Source: Candidatus Limnocylindrales bacterium (GTDB lineage Bacteria; Chloroflexota; Limnocylindria; Limnocylindrales; CSP1-4). From it: a stretch of DNA of 64,000 bases. Numbering within the stretch: the stretch's first letter is position 1; every line of letters starts with the position of its first letter. The notes beneath the pieces were generated by a model. That model saw nothing but the letters and a program-made list of their open reading frames with translations. It did no database searches and was not told the DNA's origin. The position numbers and the translations under genes are program-made. Below, in pieces: positions 1 through 10,008 of this stretch. The DNA lies in the NCBI GenBank assembly GCA_038214255.1, contig JBBQRZ010000005.1, positions 49,289 to 113,288 on the forward strand. Direction: 5' to 3'.

Positions 1-852
1 GCGGTCGGGGGGATCCGGGTCGATGGCACCGCGATGGTCGGCGCCGACCTCGCCACGGACGGCCGGCTGCGCTTCGTGGCCGGCGACCGGGCGGCGGCTT
101 TGGCCGCACTCGATGCCGGCGGTGCCGTGATCGTCCCCAAGGGCGTCGCCGATCGCGACGGCCTGACGGTCGGGCGCGAGTTGGTCGCCGCGGCGACCGA
201 CGGCTCGGCACTGACGCTGCGGATCGTCGGCATCGCGGAGCGGACCCTCCCCGGGCGAGGCGGCGAGTCGCTGCTCGTCGGCTGGGACGATGCGGCGCGT
301 CTCGGCGCCGCCGGGGCGGACGCCTTCGCCGTGCGATTCACACCAGACGCGTCGGCTGCGCAGCGCGAGAATCTCGGGACCGAGGCGCGCGCCCTGGCCC
401 TCGACCCGGTGGGCCTCGACCGGATCCAGGGCGCGATCGGCGATGCCCTCGACCGGGTGTTCGGCCTGTTCGATGCCTTAGGGCTGATCGCCGTCATCAT
501 CGCCGCGCTCGGCATCATCAACACGCTGACGATCAACGTCCTCGAGCGCGTGCGCGAGCTCGGGGTCCTGCGCGCGGCTGGCATGACCCGGCGCCAGGTC
601 TGGCGTTCGGTCGTTGTCGAGGCGGGCATCACGGGCATCGTCGGAGCGCTGATCGGCGTCGTCGCCGGGGTCGGTGTCGGCGCGCTCATGGTCGTCCTCG
701 CCGGCGGCGGACTGACAGAGGCGGTCACGATCCCGTGGTCGGCCGTCGCCGTGGCCTTCGTCCTGGGGGTCTCCCTGGCGATGCTCGCGGCGGCATATCC
801 GGCCCGCCTCGCGAGCGGCGTCTCGATCGTCCGGGCCGTCGGCTACGAGTAG
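1..852 (+). CDS. ABC-transporter permease, FtsX/MacB-type C-terminal module (5' end lies outside the window)
   Basis: The frame of ORF 34..852 is open from base 1. LGLIAVIIAALGIINTLTINVLERVRELGVLRAAGMTRRQV followed by further hydrophobic helices is the typical FtsX-like permease domain. Confidence 0.8.
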   Translation, partial: AVGGIRVDGTAMVGADLATDGRLRFVAGDRAAALAALDAGGAVIVPKGVADRDGLTVGRELVAAATDGSALTLRIVGIAERTLPGRGGESLLVGWDDAARLGAAGADAFAVRFTPDASAAQRENLGTEARALALDPVGLDRIQGAIGDALDRVFGLFDALGLIAVIIAALGIINTLTINVLERVRELGVLRAAGMTRRQVWRSVVVEAGITGIVGALIGVVAGVGVGALMVVLAGGGLTEAVTIPWSAVAVAFVLGVSLAMLAAAYPARLASGVSIVRAVGYE

Positions 853-933
853 ACCCGGGTCCCGACGCCCGCCTCCCGAGTGCTAGACTCCGGGCCGTGT
901 CGCCGCCGTGAGCGACCGTCGAACGGAGCCTCG

Positions 934-1572
934 ATGACCATCGTCCTCCCAAGGCTCGATCGGACCAACGCCGCGGAACGTGGCCTGACGATCGCCGATT
1001 TCCTCGTCCCCATCCGCGTCGGTGAACGCCTCAGCACCCGGGTCCGGCACGTGGCCCTCATCACCGCCGGGGCCCTGCTCGTCTACCTGACGGCCCAGAT
1101 CTACATCGTGCGCGATCCGGTTCCCCTGACCGGCCAGACCTTCGGGGTGCTCGCTGTCGGTGGGGCCCTCGGGATGCGCCGGGGCCTCGCGGCGGTCGCG
1201 CTGTACGTCCTGCTCGGCGTCGTCGGACTCCCGTTCTTCGCCGAGGGCAAGGGGGGCCTCCAGATCCTCTGGGGCGCCACGGGCGGATATCTCATCGGCT
1301 TCGTGCTCGCCGGTGCCCTCGTGGGGAGACTGTGTGAGCTCGGCTGGGACCGGCGGCTCGGGGGTGCGCTCGGAGCGATGCTCCTCGGCGAGGCCGTCAT
1401 CTACGCCGTCGGGCTGCCCTGGCTCAAGGCCGTGACCGGCATGTCCGCCGAGGACACGATCGCCAACGGCCTCATGCCGTTCCTGCTCTGGGACGGGGCC
1501 AAGGTGCTCGTGGCCGCCGGGATCTTCCCGCTCGCCTGGTGGGTGGTCGGCCGCCGGCCGGACGACCGCTAG
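934..1572 (+). CDS. bioY: BioY-family biotin transporter S component
   Basis: Internal ATG of ORF 880..1572, preceded by GGAG. The protein is multi-pass hydrophobic with LPFFAEGKGGLQILWGATGGYLIGFVLAG, typical of BioY. A TAGACT -10-like box lies about 45 nt upstream. Confidence 0.8.
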   Translation: MTIVLPRLDRTNAAERGLTIADFLVPIRVGERLSTRVRHVALITAGALLVYLTAQIYIVRDPVPLTGQTFGVLAVGGALGMRRGLAAVALYVLLGVVGLPFFAEGKGGLQILWGATGGYLIGFVLAGALVGRLCELGWDRRLGGALGAMLLGEAVIYAVGLPWLKAVTGMSAEDTIANGLMPFLLWDGAKVLVAAGIFPLAWWVVGRRPDDR

Positions 1573-1590
1573 CGTCGCCTCCCTGGCCGG

Positions 1591-2166
1591 CTAGCCGGGG
1601 AGCGCTGCGCGCAGGCTCCGATACGAGTCGCGCAGGAAACGGGCAACTTCCGGCCAATAGGTTTCGCCCGGCCCGCGCGGTCCTTCGGGATCGTCATTCG
1701 CCCCGCGGTCGCGGACCTCGGCCGCGATCCCGCGCAGTCGTCCCGCCTCGGCCACACGCTCGGGCGCCAACCGGTAGATCGCGGCATAGAGGCCTGTGAT
1801 CGCGTCGCCGGCTGCGGCCCCCGCGCCCAGGCCGAGCTCGCGCCGGACGACCCACCAGCGCAGCTCGCGCCGGGCGACCTCCTCGGCGTCGACGTCGTCG
1901 GGCAGGCCGAGCCATCGGTACGCGCGGACGATGTCCGGCGCGAACCGCTCGTAATCGCCCTCGGCGCGGGCGAAGCCGGCCGCGGCCCGCGTCAGGAGCA
2001 GGCTCGCCGCGATCGCGCGCGGCCACGACGCGCCGGCCTGCGCGCGGAGGCCGAGCATGAGATTGCCGAGCAGGCGAGCCGGTTGGCGCCGGTAGTACGC
2101 CTTCCACATGCGGACCTCGAGCCGGGCGAGCTCGTCCGGGTCGAATTCGGTGCCCCAGCGTCCCAT
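1591..2166 (-). CDS. hypothetical helical protein (191 aa)
   Basis: This is the C-terminal part of ORF 1591..2415 starting at MGRWGTEF (ATG at 2164..2166). The upstream 83 codons are Arg/Pro-rich junk. Composition is coding-like, and I recognise no motif. Confidence 0.5.
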   Translation of the reverse strand: MGRWGTEFDPDELARLEVRMWKAYYRRQPARLLGNLMLGLRAQAGASWPRAIAASLLLTRAAAGFARAEGDYERFAPDIVRAYRWLGLPDDVDAEEVARRELRWWVVRRELGLGAGAAAGDAITGLYAAIYRLAPERVAEAGRLRGIAAEVRDRGANDDPEGPRGPGETYWPEVARFLRDSYRSLRAALPG

Positions 2167-2192
2167 CGGCGTCCTCCGACTATCGTGCGCCC

Positions 2193-3101
2193 GTGGATAC
2201 GGTGAAGGATGCACCGCGGATGCCCCCGGTCGATGGCGGTCCCGCGACCGCGGCGGGCGATTCTGGGTTGTTCGGCCCGGACTCCGAGGCGTGGCGGTTC
2301 GACCGCGAGGCGATGCTGCTGCTGGGCGCGGGCCCTCGCGCCCTCCTCCTCCAGATCGCCCACCCGTCGGTCGCTGCCGGGGTCGCGGAGCACTCCGACT
2401 TCCGGGCCGACCCATGGCGCCGACTCGACGGCACGATACGCAGTTACTTGCGGATCATCTACGGTTCGAGCCGTGCCGCCCGAGCCGAGATCCGGCGGCT
2501 CAATGCGCTGCATCGGGGGATCGTCGGGTCTGGCTACTCGGCGCGCGATCCGGAGCTGTCCTTGTGGGTCCACGCGACCCTCGTGGACTCGACGATCGTG
2601 GCGTACGACGCGTGGCTGGGGCCCGTCGCCCGGGATCGAGCCGCCCGCTTTTACGATGAGACGAAGCCGATCGCGCGGGCCTTCGGCGTACCCGAGGCGA
2701 TGGTGCCGGCCGACCTCGACGCGTTCGAGCGGTACCTGGCCTCCATGCTCGGCCCCGACGGCCCGATCGCCGTTTCGGCGACGGCCCGCGGCCTCGCGGG
2801 CGTGATCCTGGCCCCGCCGCTCCCCGGGATCCTGGGCCGCCTTCCACTCGACGCGCGGCTGTACGCCTGGACCCTGTGGCCGGCGGTCGGCCTGCTGCCG
2901 GCCGATGTCCGCGCTGCGTTCGGATTGCCGTGGGGACCGCGCGAGCGATCCGTCGCGTCCTGGCTCGTCGCGGGCTGGCGAGCCTGGCGGCCACTTCTTC
3001 CGGCCGGGTTCTGCCAGATGCCGCAGGCGCTCGCCGCGGACCGGCGGGTGGCTCTGCAGGGCCGGATCAGTCCGCCCGGATCGGTCCGCCCGGGTCAGTA
3101 G
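2193..3101 (+). CDS. MpaB/DUF2236-family oxygenase-like protein
   Basis: LFGPDSEAWRFDREAMLLLGAGPRALLLQIAHPSVAAGV and RRLNALHRGI match the DUF2236/MpaB pattern. Confidence 0.65.
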   Translation: MDTVKDAPRMPPVDGGPATAAGDSGLFGPDSEAWRFDREAMLLLGAGPRALLLQIAHPSVAAGVAEHSDFRADPWRRLDGTIRSYLRIIYGSSRAARAEIRRLNALHRGIVGSGYSARDPELSLWVHATLVDSTIVAYDAWLGPVARDRAARFYDETKPIARAFGVPEAMVPADLDAFERYLASMLGPDGPIAVSATARGLAGVILAPPLPGILGRLPLDARLYAWTLWPAVGLLPADVRAAFGLPWGPRERSVASWLVAGWRAWRPLLPAGFCQMPQALAADRRVALQGRISPPGSVRPGQ

Positions 3102-4561
3102 TAGCTGGGGAACCGCGGCGCGAACAGCGACGCGCCCAGGTTCTGCGACGTCGCGTCGTCGAGCGCCTGGAGGATCGTCCGGTCGCCCGAGACCAGTCCG
3201 TATCGATGCGCGGCCACGTAGGCCCGCATCGCTCGCCAGAACGGGGTGGACCCCATTCGGCGGCGCGCGGCGTCGAGCAGGTTGCCGCCCTGGATGTAGA
3301 TGACCTCGTAATAGCAGGTCGATGAATAGGCGTAGATCAAGCGGTCGAGGCGGCTCGTGGAGCAGCGACTCCCGCGCCTGAGTCCGAGCACGTACCGCGC
3401 GGTGAAGTCCGCCGCGGCCTCGTCGGCGAACGGGGCGCGGGCCTGGTCGTTGCCGACGAGCCCGTAGAACCACTGGTGGGCGGTCTCGTGGGTCACGAGG
3501 TAGCGGAGGTTCGCCGAGCCGATCCCGTACGGGATCCAGCTGAGACCCGGCGACTCCATCCCGAAGCCGCCCGCTGACTGGACGACCTTGAACGTGGGGT
3601 ACGGATAGTCGCCGAGGCGCGCCTGGATGGAGCGGAACGCGTCCGCGGCCGCATCGAGCGTCCGCGCCGCGTTCCGGCTGGAGCGGTAGTAGTAGCGAAC
3701 GCGCGTGCCGCCGACGAGCACCGACGTCGACCGGAAATCGGGCGCCGCCGTGAGACTCACGTCGCGGACGTTCTTCGCGACGAAGCGCTGGATCAGGCCG
3801 TTGCTCGAGACCGACACGCGATCGGCGGTCGAGACGATGACGAGCCGGCGATCGGTTGCGACGGTGAACGAAACCAACGGGCTGACCGGCGTCACGAAGG
3901 GATCGCCATGGTTGGGTCGATCGAACGGGGTCGCCCGACTGACCCACGGGATCCAGCGATAGGCATCGACGATGCCGTTGGCCCGCGTGAACATCCAGCT
4001 CGAGCCGTTGAGCGTGGAGCGCAGGTGCGCCGCGTACCAGATCCGCACCGACGCCGTCGCGCCAACCGGAAGCACGCCTCCGAGTGGAACGACGATCGTC
4101 TGGTCGCGGACGCTCGCCGTAACCCGCCGGCCGTCGACGGTGGCGAGTCGCAGGGTCATCCCACCGAGTCGCGCGGCGATCGTGTTCAGCTCGACCCGAT
4201 CGATCGGGCCGCCCGAGGTGTTCGTGATCGTGGCGATCGAGTTGACCCCGAACCAGCGCGTGCCGTAGCGCAGGGTTAGCTGCGTCGCATACGTGGCCCG
4301 CAGCTTGAGGCTCGTCCGACGCATGGACCCGGGCACGATGCTGGTGGCGGCGGGGGTGACCGCCTCGACGAGGGTGACCTCCGCGGCGTGGGTGACGGCC
4401 GGAGCCATCGCCGTTACGGGCCCCGCCGCGCTCCGCGTCCCTGGCGTGGTGGCGGAGCCGTCCGTGCGGTCCCGCGCCGCCGCCGGGCCGGCGAGCTCGA
4501 GCAGCAACAACCCGGCGATCGCGAACAGGAACGGGCGTGGCGCGCGGGATCGCTGGGTCAT
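3095..4561 (-). CDS. secreted M1-family zinc metallopeptidase (aminopeptidase N-like)
   Basis: N-terminal signal peptide (FLFAIAGLLLLELAGPAAA). HETAHQWFYG is an HExxH zinc motif, and FADEAAADF sits downstream at the position of the distal Glu ligand. Confidence 0.75.
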   Translation of the reverse strand: MTQRSRAPRPFLFAIAGLLLLELAGPAAARDRTDGSATTPGTRSAAGPVTAMAPAVTHAAEVTLVEAVTPAATSIVPGSMRRTSLKLRATYATQLTLRYGTRWFGVNSIATITNTSGGPIDRVELNTIAARLGGMTLRLATVDGRRVTASVRDQTIVVPLGGVLPVGATASVRIWYAAHLRSTLNGSSWMFTRANGIVDAYRWIPWVSRATPFDRPNHGDPFVTPVSPLVSFTVATDRRLVIVSTADRVSVSSNGLIQRFVAKNVRDVSLTAAPDFRSTSVLVGGTRVRYYYRSSRNAARTLDAAADAFRSIQARLGDYPYPTFKVVQSAGGFGMESPGLSWIPYGIGSANLRYLVTHETAHQWFYGLVGNDQARAPFADEAAADFTARYVLGLRRGSRCSTSRLDRLIYAYSSTCYYEVIYIQGGNLLDAARRRMGSTPFWRAMRAYVAAHRYGLVSGDRTILQALDDATSQNLGASLFAPRFPSYY

Positions 4562-4632
4562 CGGCGCGAATCGTACCCGGGTTGGTCCATTTCGCGGGCT
4601 CCTGTCTCTCAGCGTCGCACTAGACTCGAACG

Positions 4633-6024
4633 ATGTTTGCGACCACCGCGGTCAGTGCGCCGGTCATCGACGCGATCCGGGCGCGCATCCCCGACCTGCG
4701 CCTCCTGACCGACGAAGTCGACCGAGAGTCGCACCGGAACGACGAGACGCCGTTCCTCCACGGCGGGCTGCCCGGGGCGGTCGCACTCCCCACCGAGACG
4801 GTCCAGGTCGCCGAGCTCGTGCGGATCTGCGCCGAGTACGGCGTGCCGATCGTCCCGCGCGGCGCCGGAACGGGCTTGTCCGGCGGCGCGGTCGGCATCG
4901 AGGGCGGGCTCACGATCGCCTTCACCGCGATGGACCGGATCCTCGAGATCGACGAGGCGAACCTCGTCGTCGTCGTCCAGCCCGGAATCATCAACGCCCG
5001 GCTCAAGGCCGCGGTCGCTGAGCGCGGCCTGTTCTACCCGCCCGACCCCGCGAGCTACGAGATGTGCTCGATCGGCGGCAACCTTGGCACGAACGCGGGC
5101 GGCCTGTGCTGCGTGAAATACGGCCAGACGCGCGACTGGGTACTCGGCCTCGAGGTGGTCATGGCCGACGGGCGCGTGGTCCGCCTGGGCGGCAAGAACG
5201 TCAAGGATGTGGCCGGCTACGCGCTGACCCAGCTCATCGTCGGCAGCCAGGGCACGCTGGCGATCGTCACCGAAGCGACCCTACGGTTGCGACCGTTGCC
5301 GCCGCCGAGATCGACGATGCTGGCCTTCTTCGCGTCGCTCGATGCGGCGGGTGACGCGGTCGCCAGGATCGGGCCGGCCGGCCTTACGCCGGTCACGCTC
5401 GAGCTGATGGACGCGTTCACGATCGCCGCCGTGAACAGCGCCTACGGCCTGGGCCTACCGACCGGCGCGGCCGCGATGCTGATGATCGAATCCGATCTGG
5501 CGGGGGCCGGGGCGGCGGCCGAGATCGACGCGGCCGAGGCCGTCTGCCGGACGGCCGGGGCGATCGAGACGGTCCGGGCGGCCGATGCCCAGGAGGCCGA
5601 CTGGCTGCGCCAGGCGCGCCGCGGCGCCTACCAGGCGCTCGAACGGATCGGCCTCGTCCGGATGGAGGACGTCGGGGTCCCGCGCGGTCGCGTGCCGGAG
5701 CTCCTTCGGGCGATCGAGGCATCGGCGACGAGGCTCGGGATCCGGTGCGGGACATTCGGCCACGCCGGCGATGGCAACCTCCACCCGAACCTCGTATTCG
5801 ACCGCGACGACCCCACGGCCGAGGCAAAGACCGAGGCCTTCAAGGACGAGCTCTACCGCGCGGCGATCGCGCTCGGAGGAACGGTCACGGCCGAACACGG
5901 GATCGGCCTGGCGCGGCGCGACTACCTCGAGCTCCAGCGGGGACCCGAGGCGGTCGCGATCATGCGCTCGATCAAGGCGGCGCTCGATCCGCAGGGGATC
6001 CTCAATCCGGGGCGGGTCCTGTAG
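4633..6024 (+). CDS. FAD-linked oxidase, GlcD-like (glycolate/D-lactate oxidase family)
   Basis: PIVPRGAGTGLSGGAV FAD-binding PCMH-type motif and C-terminal GGTVTAEHGIGLARRDYL ... ALDPQGILNPGRVL. A TAGACT -10-like box is present at about 4619. Confidence 0.85.
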   Translation: MFATTAVSAPVIDAIRARIPDLRLLTDEVDRESHRNDETPFLHGGLPGAVALPTETVQVAELVRICAEYGVPIVPRGAGTGLSGGAVGIEGGLTIAFTAMDRILEIDEANLVVVVQPGIINARLKAAVAERGLFYPPDPASYEMCSIGGNLGTNAGGLCCVKYGQTRDWVLGLEVVMADGRVVRLGGKNVKDVAGYALTQLIVGSQGTLAIVTEATLRLRPLPPPRSTMLAFFASLDAAGDAVARIGPAGLTPVTLELMDAFTIAAVNSAYGLGLPTGAAAMLMIESDLAGAGAAAEIDAAEAVCRTAGAIETVRAADAQEADWLRQARRGAYQALERIGLVRMEDVGVPRGRVPELLRAIEASATRLGIRCGTFGHAGDGNLHPNLVFDRDDPTAEAKTEAFKDELYRAAIALGGTVTAEHGIGLARRDYLELQRGPEAVAIMRSIKAALDPQGILNPGRVL

Positions 6025-6068
6025 GGACGTCGTTCATCCGCTTCGGTGCAGGCGTCGTATCCGTGCCG

Positions 6069-7469
6069 ATGACTCCGTGGACGGGCCGCCGGACCCTGCC
6101 GATCGCCGTGCTCGCCGTGGTCCTTTGCGCGGCCGCCTGCGCGCCCGCGAGCGGCGCCCGAGCGACGGGTCAACAGCCGAACCCGGCGGCCCCCGCCCCG
6201 GTGCCGGCGGGATTTCCGAGCGCCGGGTCTTCGACGGCGCCGGTGCCGTCGGATGCCGCGTCGTCCCCGGCAGCCCGCCCGCTCCCGCCGGCCGCGACAT
6301 CCGCGACGCAGCAGCAGGTCGACTTTCTCCTGGCCCGGGTCGCCGCGGATCCTGGCGACGCCGCCGCCCAGCGGGACCTTGGGCTGGCCCTGCTGCAGCG
6401 GATCCGCGAGACGCTGGATCCCTCAGGCTACCCGCCGGCCGAGGTGGCTCTCCAGGCCGCCCGCCACCTGCTCCCCGGCGATCCGCTCGTCCTCGTCGGG
6501 CTGGGCGGCCTTCGGCTCGGGCGTCACGCGTTCGTGGATGCGCTCAAGGTCGGCCGAGAGGCGATGAGGCTCACGCCGGTGATCCCGGCGGCACGGGCGG
6601 TCGTCGTCGATGCCCTGATCGAGGTCGGTCGGTATCGCGAGGCGTTCAAGGAGGCGGAGGCGCTGGCGGCGGATTCGCCGGACCTCTCGACCCTGGCCCG
6701 GCTGTCGTACGCGCGGGAGCTTCGCGGCGACCTCCGGGGGGCGCTCACGGCCATGCGCGCGGCGGCCGCCTCGCCCGGTCTCGCGCCCGAGAACACGGCG
6801 TACGTGACCGCGCTCGTGGGTCATCTGCAGCGCCTGACCGGGGACCCCGTCGGGGCGCGCGAGACGTACGAGCGCTCGCTCAGACTTGTGCCGGGCCATG
6901 CACCCTCGGTGAGCGGCCTGGGCCACCTCGCGCTCGGTGACGGGGACCTCGCGACCGCGGAACAGTCGTTCCGCGAGGCCTCAGCCGTCGTGCCGCTGCC
7001 GGAATACGTGATCGCGCTGGGGGAGACGCTCGAGGTGGCCGGCGATGCCGAGGGTGCACGCCGCCAGTACGAGCTGGCCCGCGCGGAGATCGCCCTGTTC
7101 AAGGCCAACGGCGTCGTCGTCGATCTCGAGCTGGCTCTCTTCGAGGCGGATCACGGGGACGCCGCGCGCGCCCTCGAGCTCGCCCGGGCGGCCTACGCGG
7201 AGACCCCGACCGTCCGCGCGGCGGATGCGCTCGGTTGGGCACTGCACCGGCTCGGCCGTGATCAGGAGGCCGCGATGCGGTCGACGGAGGCGCTGCGCCT
7301 CGGCTCGCGCGATCCGTTGCTCCGATTCCACGCCGGCGCGATCGAGGCGGCGCTCGGCAAGACCGTGGCGGCCCGCGCGGATCTCCGGATGGCACTGACG
7401 ACCGATCCGGGCTTCAGCGCGACCGGCGCCGCCGAAGCGCGACAGATCCTGGGGAGCCTGCCCGGCTGA
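6069..7469 (+). CDS. TPR-repeat lipoprotein
   Basis: Internal ATG of ORF 5745..7469. Signal plus lipobox-like LAVVLCAAAC. The remainder is repeated Ala/Leu/Arg-rich helical hairpins typical of TPR. Confidence 0.65.
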   Translation: MTPWTGRRTLPIAVLAVVLCAAACAPASGARATGQQPNPAAPAPVPAGFPSAGSSTAPVPSDAASSPAARPLPPAATSATQQQVDFLLARVAADPGDAAAQRDLGLALLQRIRETLDPSGYPPAEVALQAARHLLPGDPLVLVGLGGLRLGRHAFVDALKVGREAMRLTPVIPAARAVVVDALIEVGRYREAFKEAEALAADSPDLSTLARLSYARELRGDLRGALTAMRAAAASPGLAPENTAYVTALVGHLQRLTGDPVGARETYERSLRLVPGHAPSVSGLGHLALGDGDLATAEQSFREASAVVPLPEYVIALGETLEVAGDAEGARRQYELARAEIALFKANGVVVDLELALFEADHGDAARALELARAAYAETPTVRAADALGWALHRLGRDQEAAMRSTEALRLGSRDPLLRFHAGAIEAALGKTVAARADLRMALTTDPGFSATGAAEARQILGSLPG

Positions 7470-7476
7470 CACTCGG

Positions 7477-7506
7477 TTGACAGCCCGCGGACGCCGCGGC
7501 GATGAT
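7477..7506 (+). promoter_or_regulatory. sigma70-like promoter (TTGACA, 18-nt spacer, GATGAT) for the SorC/kinase/ABC operon
   Basis: TTGACA at 7477..7482 and GATGAT at 7501..7506, in the intergenic gap after the TPR gene. Confidence 0.5.
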
Positions 7507-7514
7507 GCGCGGGC

Positions 7515-7547
7515 ATGCAGGCACATCTGTTCAGTACATCTGTGCAT
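7515..7547 (+). promoter_or_regulatory. putative operator: direct repeat ACATCTGT (7523..7530 and 7536..7543) bracketed by inverted ATGCA/TGCAT
   Basis: AT-richer motif immediately downstream of the predicted -10 and upstream of the SorC-family regulator start. Confidence 0.4.
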
Positions 7548-7594
7548 CCCGACGGATCCGACCGGGCGACACGGCGATCGGCGCCACGCACCCC

Positions 7595-8569
7595 GTGAGC
7601 GACTTCGAGCAGCTCGTCCAGGCGAGCCGCCTCTATTACGAGCTCGGCGAGACCCAGAACGCGATCGCCGAACGCCTCGGCGTCACGAGGCCCCAAGTCA
7701 GCCGCCTGCTCAAACGGGCTCGCGCCGAGGGGATCGTCGAGATCCGGATCATCGACCGCACGGCCGTCCGCTCGCCGGCGGGGGACACTCTCCGCGAGAG
7801 CTACGGCCTCGACGCCGTCCACCTCGCGCCGACGATCGCCGGGCCCGAGGACCTCACGCGGCGGATGGTCGGCCGGCTCGCGGCCCAGGTCCTTCGAGCG
7901 GTCATCCGCGACGGGTCGATCGTCGGGGTCGGCGACGGTGCCGGCGTGTCGGCCATCGCCGACGCCCTGGACGAGGCAGCCACGCCGGTCGCGGCGACGA
8001 TCGTGCCCCTCGCCGGCGGGTACTGGACGCCGGGTCCCGAGCGCGAGCCCTTCCGACGGGTCGCCGACGCGCTCGGCGCCCAGGCGAACGGGCTCATGGC
8101 CCCGGGCCTCGTCGACGATGCCACGACGAAGCGAGCCCTCGAGGCCCACGCGGGCGTGCGCGCGATCCTCGATCTCTGGAAGCGGCTCGATGTCGCGATC
8201 GTCGGGATCGGCGGTCGCGGCTGGGGGGCGGCCTCGGTAGGCGAGCGGGTCACGCGCCAGCTCGATGCCGCCGACGCGGTCGGTGAGATCCTCATCGCCC
8301 CCTTCGATCTCGACGGTCGATTCGTCTGCCCGGAGCTGCGCTACCGGGTCCTCGCGTTCGACGCGCGCGCGCTCGGCCGGGTCCCGGTCTCGATCGGTGT
8401 CGGGGCCGGCGAGGCCAAGGTCCGGCCGATCCTCGGCGCGTTGCGGGCCGGCGTGGTGCGCACCCTCGTGACCGATGTCGAGACCGCGGAGGCGGTCGTG
8501 GCGCTCGACGCCGAAACGCGCACTGACAGCGGCCCGGCGAGTGGCCGGGCGAGCAGCCGGTCGAGATGA
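7595..8569 (+). CDS. SorC/DeoR-family sugar-binding transcriptional regulator
   Basis: HTH segment ELGETQNAIAERLGVTRPQVSRLLKRARAEGIVEIRI followed by a sugar-phosphate-binding-type domain. I prefer the GTG at 7595, because the upstream ATGs at 7502/7505 lie inside the predicted promoter. Confidence 0.75.
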   Translation: MSDFEQLVQASRLYYELGETQNAIAERLGVTRPQVSRLLKRARAEGIVEIRIIDRTAVRSPAGDTLRESYGLDAVHLAPTIAGPEDLTRRMVGRLAAQVLRAVIRDGSIVGVGDGAGVSAIADALDEAATPVAATIVPLAGGYWTPGPEREPFRRVADALGAQANGLMAPGLVDDATTKRALEAHAGVRAILDLWKRLDVAIVGIGGRGWGAASVGERVTRQLDAADAVGEILIAPFDLDGRFVCPELRYRVLAFDARALGRVPVSIGVGAGEAKVRPILGALRAGVVRTLVTDVETAEAVVALDAETRTDSGPASGRASSRSR

Positions 8570-10008
8570 CGACACCGGCGATCCTCGGCATCGATCTCGG
8601 CACGACCGAGGTGAAGGCCGGCCTGGTCGACCTCGACGGTCGGCTGCTCGCGATCGCCCGGGCGGGCTACGGCCTCGAGGTCGGGCACGGACCGGGGTGG
8701 GCGGAACAGGACCCCGGGGCGTGGTGGTCCGCGGTGGTCGCCGTCGTCCGCGCGCTGCGCCCAGCGGATTCGATCGACATCGTCGCGATGGGCGTCGACG
8801 GGCACGGGCCGACGCTCGTCGCCGTCGACGAACGCGGGGAGGCGACCCGCCCGGCGATCACCTTCCTCGACACGCGGGCCGCCGCCGAAGCCGAGGAACT
8901 GGCTGCGGCCACGGGGCTGCGCGGATGGGCGCTTGGACCGTTGCCGGCGGCCCTCTGGATGGAACGCCACGAGCCGGACATCGCGCGCCGAACGGCCTGG
9001 TACCTCACGACCTGGGAATGGCTCGCGTTTCGCTTGACCGGCGAGGCCGTCGCGCCGCTCGTGCCCCACCAGGCCGTCCCCGACGCGGCCGCCCTCGCGG
9101 CGACGGGCCTGCGGGTGGATCGGCGCCCACGGGCATCGGCGATCGGCGCCGTCGATGGGACGCTGACGGCCGCCGCGTCCGACGCCCTCGGCCTCACGCC
9201 GGGGATCCCGGTCGCGAACGGCACGAACGACGCGTTCGCGAGCTACCTCGGCGCCGGCCTGCTCGAGCCCGGCGATGCCTACGATCCGGGCGGGTCGGCC
9301 GGCGGGTTCGGCGTCTACTGGCACGAACCGATCGAGGTGCCCGGCGCGTTCGTGACCCCTGGACCGCTCGCCGGTCGCTACAGCGTCGGGGCCGCGATGG
9401 CCGCCACCGGCCGGGCGCTCGACTGGTTCCGCGACGAGGTCGTCGGCTCCGGCCTCACGACGGCCCAGCTCCTCGAGGAAGCCTCCGCCACGCGGCCCGG
9501 CGCGGACGGCCTCGTCTTCCTCCCGTACCTCGCCGGCGAGCGCTCGCCGATCTGGGATCCGACGGCCACCAGCGTGTTCGCAGGGTTGACCCTCACCCAC
9601 CACCGCGGGCACCTGGCGCGCGCGATCATCGAGGCGAGCGCGCTGGCGATCCGCCAGGTCACCCGGCCGATGCTCGAGTCGGGCGTCCGGGTGACGGCGA
9701 TGCGTGCGTGCGGCGGCCCCGCGCGCAGCGACGCCTGGAACCAGGTCAAGGCCGACGTCACCGGCTTCGAGGTCCTCGTCCCCGCCGTCCTCGAGACCGC
9801 AGTCCTTGGCTCGGCGATTCTCGGCGCGGTCGGGATCGGCGCGTGGCCCGAGGTCGAGTCGGCGATCCGCGCGATGACCCGGATCGACCACCGGGTCGAG
9901 CCCCGGCCCGAGCTCCGCGCGACGTACGACCGCCTGTTCGAGGCGTACGTGGCGCTCTACCCAGCCGTCGCCCCGATCCTGCGGCCCCTTGCGGAGCTGC
10001 GGGCATGA
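8566..10008 (+). CDS. FGGY-family carbohydrate kinase (xylulokinase / LsrK-like)
   Basis: ILGIDLGTTEVKAGLVD N-terminal ATPase motif, GGSAGGFG and ACGGPARSDAWNQVKADVTG. ATGA overlap with the regulator stop. Confidence 0.85.
   Translation: MTTPAILGIDLGTTEVKAGLVDLDGRLLAIARAGYGLEVGHGPGWAEQDPGAWWSAVVAVVRALRPADSIDIVAMGVDGHGPTLVAVDERGEATRPAITFLDTRAAAEAEELAAATGLRGWALGPLPAALWMERHEPDIARRTAWYLTTWEWLAFRLTGEAVAPLVPHQAVPDAAALAATGLRVDRRPRASAIGAVDGTLTAAASDALGLTPGIPVANGTNDAFASYLGAGLLEPGDAYDPGGSAGGFGVYWHEPIEVPGAFVTPGPLAGRYSVGAAMAATGRALDWFRDEVVGSGLTTAQLLEEASATRPGADGLVFLPYLAGERSPIWDPTATSVFAGLTLTHHRGHLARAIIEASALAIRQVTRPMLESGVRVTAMRACGGPARSDAWNQVKADVTGFEVLVPAVLETAVLGSAILGAVGIGAWPEVESAIRAMTRIDHRVEPRPELRATYDRLFEAYVALYPAVAPILRPLAELRA

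Noticed and set aside
8475-10004. N-terminal extensions of composite ORFs (8475..10811, 10289..11557, 20046..20996, 47820..51110, 53308..55812, 54801..56510, 56823..61718).
   Set aside because: In each case only the C-terminal part, starting at an internal ATG/GTG (usually in a 4-nt overlap with the upstream stop), is protein-like. The upstream part overlaps another real gene out of frame.
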